From Spirochaetia bacterium (GTDB lineage: Bacteria; Spirochaetota; Spirochaetia; SZUA-6; Bin103), in NCBI GenBank assembly GCA_965203055.1, contig OZ241863.1:2560001-2624000 (forward strand): 64,000 nucleotides of DNA. Reading direction: 5' to 3'. The translations under genes were made by a program, and so were the position numbers. The notes beneath the pieces are model-generated. The model had not been told where the DNA came from, did not search any database, and worked only from the letters and a program-made list of their open reading frames with translations. Below are positions 1 to 10,518 of this stretch, one piece after another. Each line of letters opens with the position of its first letter. The first letter of the stretch is position 1.

Positions 1-281
1 GATGGCCGTTGCGGACCGCCAGCCGGTGGCCGTGCTGATCCCGCTGGTCAGCGTACCGCGCCAGGAACTCGTCCACTTCCGCCTCCAGCGCCGCAGCCAG
101 CATCTGCCGCGCTCCGGCGCGTACGATCTCATCCAGAATGGCACCAGGACCTTGAGGACCTTGAGCCTCGGTGGTCCTGCCGGTATTGTTCTCCACGAGC
201 GTACTCCTCCTGATTCGTGGTTGAATCGTTCTTGGGAGGATGCGCTCTTTTCATCCCGTCCACAACTTCCGGTTATATCTC
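1..281 (-). mobile_element. IS256-family insertion sequence, left end (rest lies outside the window)
   Basis: The minus strand begins GAGATATAACCGGAAGTTGTGGA at 281, resembling an IS256-type terminal IR. It is followed by an AGGAGG SD and a transposase N-terminus. Confidence 0.75.
2..196 (-). CDS. IS256-family (mutator-type) transposase, N-terminal part, truncated by the window edge
   Basis: GTG at 196 follows an AGGAGG SD. It translates to ...ILDEIVRAGARQMLAAALEAEVDEFLARYADQRDQHGHRLAVRNGH, the typical IS256 N-terminal signature. Not in the ORF track. Confidence 0.85.
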   Translation of the reverse strand, partial: MENNTGRTTEAQGPQGPGAILDEIVRAGARQMLAAALEAEVDEFLARYADQRDQHGHRLAVRNGH

Positions 282-684
282 ACGGCTGTGCGCCAGCGAG
301 CAGACCATCGCCCGGCTGAAGCGCGGTGTGGAAGGTGTTCCGGCTGGCGACCCAGGCGTCGCGCACGCGCCCGTGGCCGCGGGCCGGCTAGGCTAAGCAG
401 GTAGCGCGCCGCCGCCGTTCTCCTTTCGTCCCGCCAAGCTCGTTCGCCAGCCCTCCTACGCCACCACGACGTCACCACTTTGCCCGGTTCCGGCCTGACT
501 GCGTCCCCAACCGTCTCTGAACGGCCAGCTGCGGGCATCTGAGCAGCATTCTGTCGCCTGCCGGCCAGCTTGCAGGTCTCCTCCCAGACGCTGTGACCTT
601 CCCGGGCCGCCCGCCGACCGCGTCCCGGCCCCGTCGCCGGCGGATTCAAGTCGCTAGGCGCGGATTTGAGCCCCTCCTTGTGCA

Positions 685-713
685 TCGACAGACGCCGGTC
701 AAAGTCGTATATT
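685..713 (+). promoter_or_regulatory. putative sigma70 promoter for tRNA-Met
   Basis: TCGACA(685-690)-N17-TATATT(708-713) lies upstream of the tRNA. Confidence 0.55.
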
Positions 714-759
714 AGTGGGGTCCACACGCGCGTTCCTACTGCAGGGAGCGCGGTGGCGC

Positions 760-833
760 GGCGGTGTAGCTCAGTAGGTCAGAGCAAGCGGCTCATATCC
801 GCTGTGTCAGGGGTTCAAATCCCTTCACCGCTA
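760..833 (+). tRNA. tRNA-Met (CAT), elongator type
   Basis: Cloverleaf: acceptor GGCGGTG/CACCGCT, D arm GCTC/GAGC, anticodon arm AGCGG-CTCATAT-CCGCT, T loop TTCAAAT. CCA is not encoded. An Ile2 (lysidine) identity is not strictly excluded. Confidence 0.93.
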
Positions 834-942
834 ACGCCCTCTGCTCTCTACCGAGCGGCAGAGACCCCGGAGCCCCTTGGGAACCGGTATAGGTCAGTTC
901 GGGTCCCCGCTCAATGGACTCGCGATTCGGAGGAGCGCTGGA

Positions 943-3900
943 TTGAACCCCTACGCCACCTGGCTCGACGCATTCCTGGAGAGTCGCGGATTACAGCTTC
1001 CGGATGGACGCCCGCTGTACTCCTATAGGTGCACCGCACGCGAGTTCGGCTCCCTGGCCAGGACGCTTGAAGCATACCGGCATCGCGGGACGGCCATCCG
1101 GGCATTCGTAATTTACGCGGCGGAGTGGTGGCAGCGCCATTACAACGGCGGCCCTTGGGCATGGCAGCCGCTGTTGGAGTCCGTGGGCTGGCACGGGGTC
1201 CACTATCCCGACCTCTACATGCCGGTCCGCGAAGCGTTGCACTGGTGGCACGTCGATCTCGTACGTCTGCCGACACAGATTCGCTACCTCGGCACGTTCG
1301 CCTGCCAGGGCGGCCTGCCGTTGGCGCTCGTCGGTGATGCCGACAGCAGAGTGACGCAATACCTGCGCGCCGTGCTCAGGGACACCGCCGCGTACCGGCA
1401 GTTCGTCGACGACGCCATCGTTCTGGCGCGCGATCAGCAGCACCTGCTGCGCCCGCCGACCCTGCGCCGCGACTACGTGTTCCGCCTGGCCGCCGACCTG
1501 ATTGAGGCGGTGCTCTATCTTCAGAACGACGCGCAGGGCGAAGACCCACTCGAAGCGCTTGACGAAGTGCGCCCCCGATGGCGAGACACCATGCCGCTCG
1601 ATCTGAGCGACGCAAGGGCGAGGGATCTCCTTACTGGGCTCCTTCGCGAGGCAGCGCAACACAGGGCGGCACCGGTTGATGTCTTCCGAGTGGACCGGTT
1701 TCTTCGCCATACCGGCAACGGATGGCGGCTTGGCGCTCGGGTACGGCTGCCGGCTTCGATCACGGCGGAGAACCTTGCCCTTCATCTCCAGGTCCCAGTA
1801 AGGGACTTGCCGTCCAGGCTTCAAGTTCGGATGCCCGGGGACCGTGTGCGCGTGTTCGGTATGTACGCGGAGAGAGCGGAGGACTATCTTCTGATGTCCC
1901 GTGACACGCAATCCGTCGCCGAGGTCTGGGACACTGACGCGACCGGGGAGATTCGTCTTCAGTTCATGGCCGGGGACGTTATCGGCAAAGATGTTGTCCC
2001 CGCCCGAGGCGACGCCTTGGGCGACCTTCCCTGGATCTTCCGGGGAGACGACCATGAAGCTCCCTTTATCAGCGAAGGTACCGCAAACAATCGCGCACCG
2101 GCGATCTTCATTTTGCTATCCGAGGAAGACGCGGAGAACAATGAGCCTACCCACCCGACGACCGAGGACATTATGGTTCTGGACAGGAACCTTCGGAAGA
2201 TCACCGAACAAACCGCAATCGAAACAAGAGCCGGTCGATGCATCATAAGGCCATCCGCGGGACAAGGAGCCGAGGAGGACTACCATCTGTCAGGTCAGCG
2301 TCTCAACAACCTGGAGTCTGATCTACCGTTGTTTCGCGGCGTGCCGCAACTTCGCATCAGCACGCTTGAGACCTCCCGCGCCGTACCCACCCGTGAAGTG
2401 AGCTGGCGGCGACGAGGTCTGGACTGGCGGGAGCGCCCCACAGGCTTCGGATTGTGGCAGGTGAGGCATGTGCATCGCGGTGAACTTCGACATTGCTCCC
2501 GCCTCGGCATCCTTCCCGAAGAATTCCATCCGCGGCTTGTACCGGGCGATGACATGACCGAAGGCAACTTGGAGTTGATCGGTAGTGAAGGAGTGATGGC
2601 GACGAGTCATGCCGATGAGACCGAGTTTACGACTCGATCTGTAGGAGACACACTACGGATCCACTGCAGAGCTTGTGACGCGACGGCCATCCCCGCACGA
2701 ATCGCGTTGCGCTTACATTGGCAGGATGCCGATGAGTTGTCTGTATCCGCGCCATTTCCTGGTCATGGAGCACGCTTCCTGCGCGACGGCAAGTCCGTGG
2801 ATGGTGCGCTCGCTGTCGATGATCTCTATGGAGTACGAGCGACCGCGATATCGGCTACCCGGGCCGGCCGGTTCTTTGTCGAGGGCGAACTCTGCGCGCC
2901 AGATCTTCGCGATGTACGCGGCATCGCACACTTACGTGTCTCACTGGGTACATCTGGTTTGACACACGAGCTCTCGCTTATCCACCTGCGCTCTACTATC
3001 GAGCTCCTACTCGGCGCATCGATCTATGACTACTCGTTTGTGCGCCTGCGCATTGTCGGAGTCGACCAGCAAGTATACGGTACCCTTGAGGTACGTCGAT
3101 TCGCAGGAGCCATGATATACAACAACGCCAATCGGACGTTTGTCCTCATAAATCATACGGTGGACTACGAGCCACCGACCACGTATGAGGCGCTACCGAT
3201 AGATCGGCCTGATGCTGACCCCGTTCCTTTGCAACTCGTGGAAGACCATCAGGGCTTAAGCGGCGCTGTGTTTCCGCAAGCCATGAGCATCGGTAATCCC
3301 TTGTTGGTGGTAGCACGCCATGCCGACCGCGTACGTGTCAGACCCTTGGCAATTTATCCCAGGGACGCCGACTTCGTAGATGGCGGGGATGGAATTGGCT
3401 TGCGCAGAGCCGTCTGCGTTCGCAGACGCAATTCGCGGTTGCAGGCCATAGCCGCGGCGATGGACTCCATGTTGACTGCAGAGGACACAAACCGAAGCGC
3501 AGACGACTGGTCGTTCCTGACCGACGTCCTGCTCGGTGCCGAGGGTCTTCCGGCGACCGCCTTCGACCTTCTCAAGGTTTTGGGCACAAAGCCGAACGTT
3601 CTGGTCCGGTGCATGTTTCGACTCGAAAGCACGCCTCGACAGTTGCTCTGGCGACTCGACGATGAACTACCGTTCAGTTGGCTGATGATTCGCCGAGATG
3701 TCTGGCTGACGGAAGCCCGCCACGCCTTCGACCATTTGCGCGACCAACTTGACGGTGTACCGAGTGGCATTCAAATCGCTCGGAGCCATATAGTGTCCAT
3801 TCTCAAGGAGGGTGCCGATCGGTTCGGCGGGCTATGCACCGTTTCCTGTGACGTCGGTTTCCAATTGCGCGGACACGAGCGTCTGCCAGCGGACATCGTC

Positions 3901-4253
3901 GATGATGCGAGAAGGAAACGAGACCAGAAAACGCAGGAGCAACTCAGCTATCGATACGCCATGAACGACTGGCCGAGGGGTGATGGGCGTCGCGAATGGG
4001 CGCAGACGCTTGAGCAGGCGCACGGCTCGATAGCATTGGCGTCTGGCAACGAGAAGGCAGAAGACCTCGAGAACGCCAGCCCATCTTCGACACGCCGATT
4101 GCGGCGGCATGGTGTTGCTTCGCATCTAGGCCGACCGACCGGACCGCCTTCATGGTCAAACGCATCCGTGCACATGACCCAGAGTGGTTTGACGTGGCGT
4201 ATGAGGCCGCTTGGTTTCAACTCGCACTCATGCAGGATGAGGGACGGATATAG
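943..4253 (+). pseudogene. druH: Druantia type III DruH-like (STY4851/ECs_5259 family) protein, frameshifted near the 3' end
   Basis: TTG at 943 follows a GGAGGAG SD. N-terminal motifs DGRPLYSYRC, FVIYAAEWWQRHY and QGGLP are present. The plausible C-terminus (PIFDTPIAAA...KRIRAHDPEWFDVAY) is in the -1 frame and ends at TAG 4251-4253, 2 nt before the helicase ATG. About 1100 aa if corrected. Confidence 0.75.
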
Positions 4254-4255
4254 GA

Positions 4256-7200
4256 ATGAGCGGAAGCGTTAGCATCTCGAACCTCATCCGGGATCTCGCC
4301 ACACGCTCGGGTCGCGCCATCATTTCGCAGCTTGGCCTGCGTTCTCCCACGCTCCGCGGGTATCTCGAGAGCTTGTACGAACAGAATCCCGGTGAGCCCG
4401 GCGCGCTGCTTGCGGACCCCGTGATAGAAGCCGTTTTCGGCTGGCGGCAGGCGGAGACCAACATGGTCGGGCTTGCCAGGAGAGGTTTCCTTCGCAGCGA
4501 TGTGGTGTCGGTGTTGGAAAAGCCACCGCGAGAGTACGGCGAATACGCATTCCCCGGTACTCGGAAGCCGTTTCGGCATCAGCTCAACTGCTGGAAGCTC
4601 CTACTTGACGACATATCGCGGTCGGTTTTGGTTGCAGCCGGTACGGGCTCTGGGAAGACCGAGTGCTTCCTGGTACCGATCCTCGAAGACTTGGCCCGTG
4701 AACGCGCTTCCGCGGGCGCCTTGACGGGAGTACGGGCGCTGTTTCTGTACCCGTTGAATGCGCTCATCAACAGTCAACGCGACCGACTCCGCGCTTGGTG
4801 CAACGGTTTCGGGAACGACATCAGTTTCTGCCTCTACAACGGCGAACTTCCGGAGACAGCACCGGCACACGAGCAGAGGCGCGCTGGGGCAGAGCAGATC
4901 TCGAGGCGGGCGCTGCGCCATGCATCCGCGCCCGTGCTAGTTACCAACTCTACTATGCTGGAGTATATGCTCGTTCGTTCCGAGGACCGGTCGATAATTG
5001 ATCAGTCGCGTGGCAAGCTGCGTTGGATCGTGCTTGACGAAGCCCATACCTATATCGGCTCGCAAGCCGCCGAGATGGCGCTATTGCTACGACGGGTCCT
5101 GCATCACTTCGGCGCGAATTCGGCCGACGTACGTTTCGTTGCCACGTCGGCGACGATTGGCGACGCGCAAAACAAGGACGACTTGCGGCGTTTCCTGGCC
5201 GATGTATCCGGCGCGCCGACGGATCGTGTTCATGTTGTCACCGACGAGCGATTGGTGCCGCGGCTGCCGCCACTCAATCCGATTCAGACTGGCACGAATC
5301 TCGACGGCCTGCAGGCCGATGCACTGTTCCCGGCTCTCTGCCACCACCCGGCCGCAAGATCGATCCGCGCCCGAGTTGCGACCGAACCCGCCACACTCAA
5401 GAGCCTCCGCCAGGAGACGGGGCTCGATTTCACAGCGGTGACCGCCCTTCTCGAAAAAGCATCGACGGCTCGGTATCAAGACGAGGTATTTTTGCCCTTA
5501 CGCATCCACCTCTTCCATCGATCTCAGCACGGCTTGTGGGCGTGCGTCAATGCATCCTGCACCGGCCGAGACGAGCGGAGCCCCGTCGACGGTAACTGGG
5601 GCTTTGGCGCGATATATCCCCAGCGGCTCACGCAATGTAAGTCCTGTGGCTATCCCGTATTTGAGCTTGTGACGTGCGGAGATTGCGGGCAGGAGTACCT
5701 GTCTGCTAAAGAAACGTTTTCCGGCGACACCGGCGAGCAGCAGCTACATCCGTACATCGAAGAGACCGAGATCGACGAGTTCCAGCTCGAAGTCGACGTC
5801 GATGATGATGATGATGATGGCGACGTACCGCCAACTGAATCTTCCTTCCGCAGGATGATCTGCAGCCAAGCCCTGGATGCAGAGCACATCGAAGACTGGA
5901 AGATCGATCGGGAACAGACCATTCGCAAGACCGGCGACGGAGTGCCGATCCGCCTTTCTCCGCTCGGCACCCAAGCCACGACCTGTATGCGTTGCGGCGC
6001 CAGGGACAGTCGACGCCGGCTACTCAGGGAGTTGCGCACCGGGGCTCCGTTCGCCCTTTCGACTATCGTGCCGACGGCGCTGGAGCACACGCCACCAATG
6101 AATTCGCGAACGGACCTGCCGAGCCAGGGTCGGCGACTGCTCGGCTTTAGCGACTCGCGACAGGGCTCTGCGCGCTTGGCGGTGAGACTACAGCAGGAAG
6201 CGGAGCGCAACCGGGTTCGCAGTGTCCTTTATCACGCATTGGCTGCTGAACGGAGGGTCACGGATACAAGTGCACTAGAAAGCGAAATAGCAATCCTTCG
6301 AGAGCTTGATAATCCCGCAGTGCGTCCTATCCTGGAACGGAGCGAAGCGAAATTGGCTCAAGATCGCGCAGCGAGCCGACTTGGCTCCCTCACTTGGCAT
6401 GAGGCTGCCAAGCGCCTTGCCGCCGATGCTGAGATGACTCGCATGCACCGGTACTTCAGCGACACTACCTATATCGCCGGTTCTCCGCTTGAATTCGCCG
6501 AATTCTGCCTCTATCGTGAATTATTTCGACGGCCGAAACGCACGAATTCTGCCGAAACTATGGGACTCTTATCCCTTCAATACCCAGCTCTTGACAATAC
6601 ACGACCACTCGCCGGATGGCCACTCGCTCTGGAAGACTGGTCGATATTTCTGAAGCTCATTGTAGACTTCTTCGTGCGGGACGTCAGCGCGGTCAACGTC
6701 GACGACAAGTACTTGCGATGGATGGGTATACCTATACGGAAACGATACGTACAGGGGCCGGGCTACGACGGAGCGCTAACGAGACAGCAGCAACGCTGGC
6801 CGTTAGTTCGATCCGGCAGTAGAGTATCGCGCCTTCCCAACCTGCTTCGAAACGCGGCCGATCTGGGACCATCTTCACACACCGACGATCTGATCAACGA
6901 GTCGTTCCGATATGCCTGGGACGTAATGCTCCCGTTCCTTCTTCCGGTCGGAGACGGGTACCTGTTCAAACTGGATGAAGTCGCCGTCTTGAACGAGATC
7001 GAGACCGGCTATGTCTGTCCCTATACTATGCGGGTATTGGACCGGACGCTGCGCGGGATTTCGCCATACGCTCCGGTGGGTGTGAAGCGTTGCCGGCAGT
7101 TCAATCTGCCACGAGTTCCGTTAGCGTACTGGCGTAACGCGGCGGGCCAACAGGTAGACCGTGAAGAAATTGCCAGATGGCTGCAAAGCGATCCGCACGT

Positions 7201-9171
7201 CCAGAACGCGCGCGAGCTAGGCGTCTGGTCAAACCTCAGCGACCGAGTCGCCGGCTATGCCCCCTACTTCGAGACCGCCGAACATTCGGCGCAACTCGAC
7301 GGAATCCGTCTGCGCGACCTGGAGCGGCGATTCAAGGCCGGCGAGTTGAACGTGCTCAGTTGTTCGACAACAATGGAAATGGGCGTCGACATCGGCGGTC
7401 TCTCAGCCGTGATCATGAACAACACGCCGCCGAGTTCAGCCAACTATCGGCAGCGCGCCGGTCGTGCCGGCCGCCGAGGAGAAGGCATATCATTTGCGGT
7501 CACACTCTGCCCGAGTCGCCGCACGGCGAACAGGTGTTCGGCGACCCGTTGTGGGCCTTTACCTCAAAGACGAGCGTTGCCCGCGTGGCACTCGACAGCG
7601 GCCGCTTGGTGCAGAGGCATGTCAACTCGCTGTGTCTCGGTGCATTCCTCGAGGACCGGGACGCTCGGCGACTCAAGGCCGGCTGGTTTTTCCACGAGGA
7701 TGACCGGTACGGGACTGCTCCAGGCAGGCAGTTTATCGAATGGTGCTACAGCGAGCCTGACCGCGACGCTCCGCTTTTGAAGGGACTGCGGCGGCTGGTC
7801 AAGCGTACCGCGCTGGCGTCTTTGGAAGTTACCCAGCTGTTGAGCGCCACAGCAGATGCCATGGCCCTAGCAATGAGTGCGTGGCGCCGCGAAGCTGATG
7901 CGCTACGCCAGGACGCGAGCCACCTCATGGATGGCGCGCCGCGCGGGCCGGCCGTGCGTGCCACCGAGCGGCAGCTTCGGCGCCTGGAGGACGAATATCT
8001 CCTTCGAGAATTGGCCAATCGTCAGTTTCTGCCGAGTTATGGGTTCCCGATCGGCATCGTAGGATTCGTTCCACTCACGGTAGAAGAGCTGAAGCGAAAG
8101 CGGTCAGATCGAGAAGACCGGGACGAAGCATTTGGCAGGCGGTTGGGATACCCCTCTCGTCAGATGGAAATGGCCATTCGTGAGTATGCACCGGGCGCTG
8201 AAGTGGTCATGGACGGCCGTGTCTACCAGTCGGGCGGCGTCACGCTCAACTGGCACTTCCCGCCGGGAACAGAAAGCGTCAACGAGGTGCAGGCGCTGCG
8301 CTACGTCTGGCGCTGCCGCGGATGTGGCGCCACTGACGACGCCAATTCGCCGGCCGATCGATGCTCGCAGTGTAACAGCGCCGTAGAAACGAGAAAGTAC
8401 CTTGAGCCGGCCGGATTTGCCGTCGACATCCGCGATTCGCCGCACAACAACGTCGTCTCTCCAATGTATGTACCGGTAGAGCCACCCTGGATCAGCTGCT
8501 CGACTCCTGAGTGGGCTCCCCTGGCCGATCCAACAGTCGGTCGCTTCCGGTATACCGACTCCGGCCATCTCTTTCATGGCAGCGGAGGCACTGGCGGCAA
8601 TGGGTATGCGGTCTGCCTGCGCTGCGGACGCGCCGCGTCAGAAGTTGGTCGAATCGCGGAAACGGCGCTGCCGGATACATTTCGGAACGGCCACTCGCGG
8701 CTTCGCGGCGGTAAAAACCCGGACGGAAGCGGTCAGTGCGACGGCGTGGGATTCGCCATCCAGCGCGGACTGTGGTTAGGCGGGAGCCGCAAAACGGATG
8801 TCTTCGAACTGCAGCTTGACGGGCTGAATGACACCGCTACGGCGTTGTCGCTCGGCATAGCGTTACGGCGCGCGTTCTGCAGCCAGCTTGGCATCGAGGA
8901 GGAAGAAGTTGGTGTCACGCAGCGCCAGAGCAAGTCTGCGGGCGGCACGATTCAGATATCCATCTTTCTTTACGATGCAGCGGCCGGAGGCAATGGCTAC
9001 GTGGCTGCGTTGCGGGATTACATTGCCTCGGCGCTGAAAATGTCGGTCGACATCCTCGACTGCCCCAAGGACTGCGACGCCGCGTGCCACGGTTGCCTGC
9101 TCACCTACGATACCCAGCACCGTGCGGCGGACCTAAACCGACACAAGGCTCACGCGTTTCTCACTAGGTAA
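4256..9171 (+). pseudogene. druE: DruE-like large SF2 DEAH helicase with C-terminal DUF1998 (Zn) domain, frameshifted at about 7512
   Basis: Motifs GTGSGKTE, LYPLNAL, LDEAH, ATSAT, TTMEMGVDIG and QRAGRAGR lie in frame 4256-. The sequence continues as SPHGEQVFGDPLWAF...LYDAAAGGNGY...CPKDCDAACHGCL in frame 7177-9171. It sits directly after the DruH-like gene. Confidence 0.8.
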
Positions 9172-9250
9172 GGCATCACCAGTCTTCAACTGCGGGACTT
9201 CGACGCGGTTGCTGCTTGGGCCCGCGCCGAACCTGCTCGCTTTCCACACA

Positions 9251-9622
9251 TCACGCGATCGTCAAGCCGTAGTCCACGAACCGGAGAAAGTGTTGGGTAT
9301 TCGCAGTCGCCACAGCAGCACCGTCGGTTAGCGCCGCAGCAGCAATCATGCAGTCGATCATTGATCCTCTCCGCCGGCCCGACTGATTGAACAGAACGGC
9401 GGCCATAGCAGCGTGGTCAGCGGTAAACTCCTGGCACGTCCCAACGACCGCAGTTGCCACTTCCAGGTCGGACCGGCTGATCGGACCGCAGAGGAACTCC
9501 GTCCATGCCACCGAACTCATGGCAAGGAACTTACGCTCCCGAATCCAGCGTTGCAGCTTACGCTTTTCCTGCGACTCCGGCCGCAACGCTCGAATCAGAA
9601 AGCTTGTGTCCAGATGGATCAT
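9251..9622 (-). CDS. vapC: PIN-domain toxin (VapC-like)
   Basis: MIHLDTSFLI start, WTEFLCG, DCMIAAAAL and ATAN..HF are PIN-type motifs. It lies downstream of an RHH gene. Confidence 0.85.
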   Translation of the reverse strand: MIHLDTSFLIRALRPESQEKRKLQRWIRERKFLAMSSVAWTEFLCGPISRSDLEVATAVVGTCQEFTADHAAMAAVLFNQSGRRRGSMIDCMIAAAALTDGAAVATANTQHFLRFVDYGLTIA

Positions 9623-9637
9623 TCCCACATAGTCAGT

Positions 9638-9904
9638 TCAGTCAAGGGACAAACGCCGCGCGGCGGCATCACGCTCGGCGGCGTTCTCGCGCTCCCACCT
9701 CTCCAGGTCCACGTTGCGCTCACGCACGGAAGCCTGCAGTCGCTCAAGGGCGACGAGTGCCGGGGTGTCATCGGACGCCGCACCGCGAATTGCGCGCCGC
9801 AATACTTCGGACTTCGACACACGCCAGCGGCGCGCCAGCTCTTCCAACGTGTGCACCGACTCTACGTCCAACGAGTAGGTCGCCTTGATCACGGTTTCGG
9901 CCAT
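9638..9904 (-). CDS. ribbon-helix-helix (CopG-like) antitoxin
   Basis: 88 aa with an RHH pattern KATYSLD...LEELARRWRVSKSEVLRRAI, upstream of the PIN toxin. TTGACG-N18-TACTCT lies 5 nt before the ATG. Confidence 0.8.
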   Translation of the reverse strand: MAETVIKATYSLDVESVHTLEELARRWRVSKSEVLRRAIRGAASDDTPALVALERLQASVRERNVDLERWERENAAERDAAARRLSLD

Positions 9905-10102
9905 AGTTCAGAGTACACGCCAAGCTCTATGCGCGTCAAACGCGACGATGAGACGATAAGCGGTGGCCCGGAGCATGTCTGCGACGAAGGGGCGGCGAGT
10001 CTACAGACGGTTGAGGCGGCGTGGCGGGGGGCCGGCGATGCCGGTTGCTGGCCAGCGCAGGGCCCCACTCAGGGGCCGCGCTGGAGGTCTTGGCTTGAAG
10101 GT

Positions 10103-10175
10103 TAGCAGGGGCAGGATTCGAACCTGCGACCTCCGGGTTATGAGCCCGACGAGCTGCCAACTGCTCTACCCTGCG
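10103..10175 (-). tRNA. initiator tRNA-fMet (CAT)
   Basis: Reverse complement CGCAGGGTAGAGCAGTTGGCAGCTCGTCGGGCTCATAACCCGGAGGTCGCAGGTTCGAATCCTGCCCCTGCTA has an unpaired C1 and three consecutive G-C pairs in the anticodon stem. Confidence 0.95.
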
Positions 10176-10186
10176 TCGTGGAGGTC

Positions 10187-10216
10187 AAGATACCACCGTT
10201 TGACCTCCCCCGTCAA
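10187..10216 (-). promoter_or_regulatory. putative sigma70 promoter for tRNA-fMet
   Basis: Minus strand TTGACG-N18-TATCTT, with TG just upstream of the -10. Confidence 0.55.
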
Positions 10217-10277
10217 GTCCTGCGAAACGAAACAACGGCGGGCGGGACGGTGGACCTGGCCCCCCGGATGCTGCCGC

Positions 10278-10487
10278 CTAGTACTTCTTGGCGACGGTGA
10301 GCTTGCGCTGCTTCTTGAGACGCTTGCGCTCGAGTGCCTTGCGCTTCTTGTTGCGGATGGTCGAAGGCTTTTCGAAGTACTCGCGGCGCTTCCACTCGCG
10401 GACGATGCCTTCCCGCTCCACCATCCGCTTGAAGCGCTTGAGCGCTTTCTCGAGCAGCTCGTCTTCTCCGACGACTACGTGTGCGAT
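10278..10487 (-). CDS. rpsU: 30S ribosomal protein bS21 (non-canonical ATC start)
   Basis: Translates to (M)[50 protein letters not shown]..., 69 aa. The GGAGG SD lies 8 nt before the ATC. Missing from the ORF track. Confidence 0.93.
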   Translation of the reverse strand: MAHVVVGEDELLEKALKRFKRMVEREGIVREWKRREYFEKPSTIRNKKRKALERKRLKKQRKLTVAKKY

Positions 10488-10518
10488 GAGCTATTCCTCC
10501 CGTGAGTCCCCAGACTCA

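Noticed and set aside
282..396. Possible 3' remnant of a gene interrupted by the IS (RLCASEQTIARLKRG...)
   Set aside because: It is short, has no recognisable family and cannot be supported without the upstream sequence.
5801..5820. GAT trinucleotide run as a phase-variation tract
   Set aside because: It is an in-frame poly-Asp linker in druE, so length changes would not switch the frame.
4010..7520. Programmed -1 frameshifting in druH/druE
   Set aside because: No X XXY YYZ slippery heptamer is visible at either junction; a 1-nt deletion is simpler.
760..10175. Integrative element with att sites at the tRNAs
   Set aside because: I found no duplicated tRNA 3' end and no integrase in the window.
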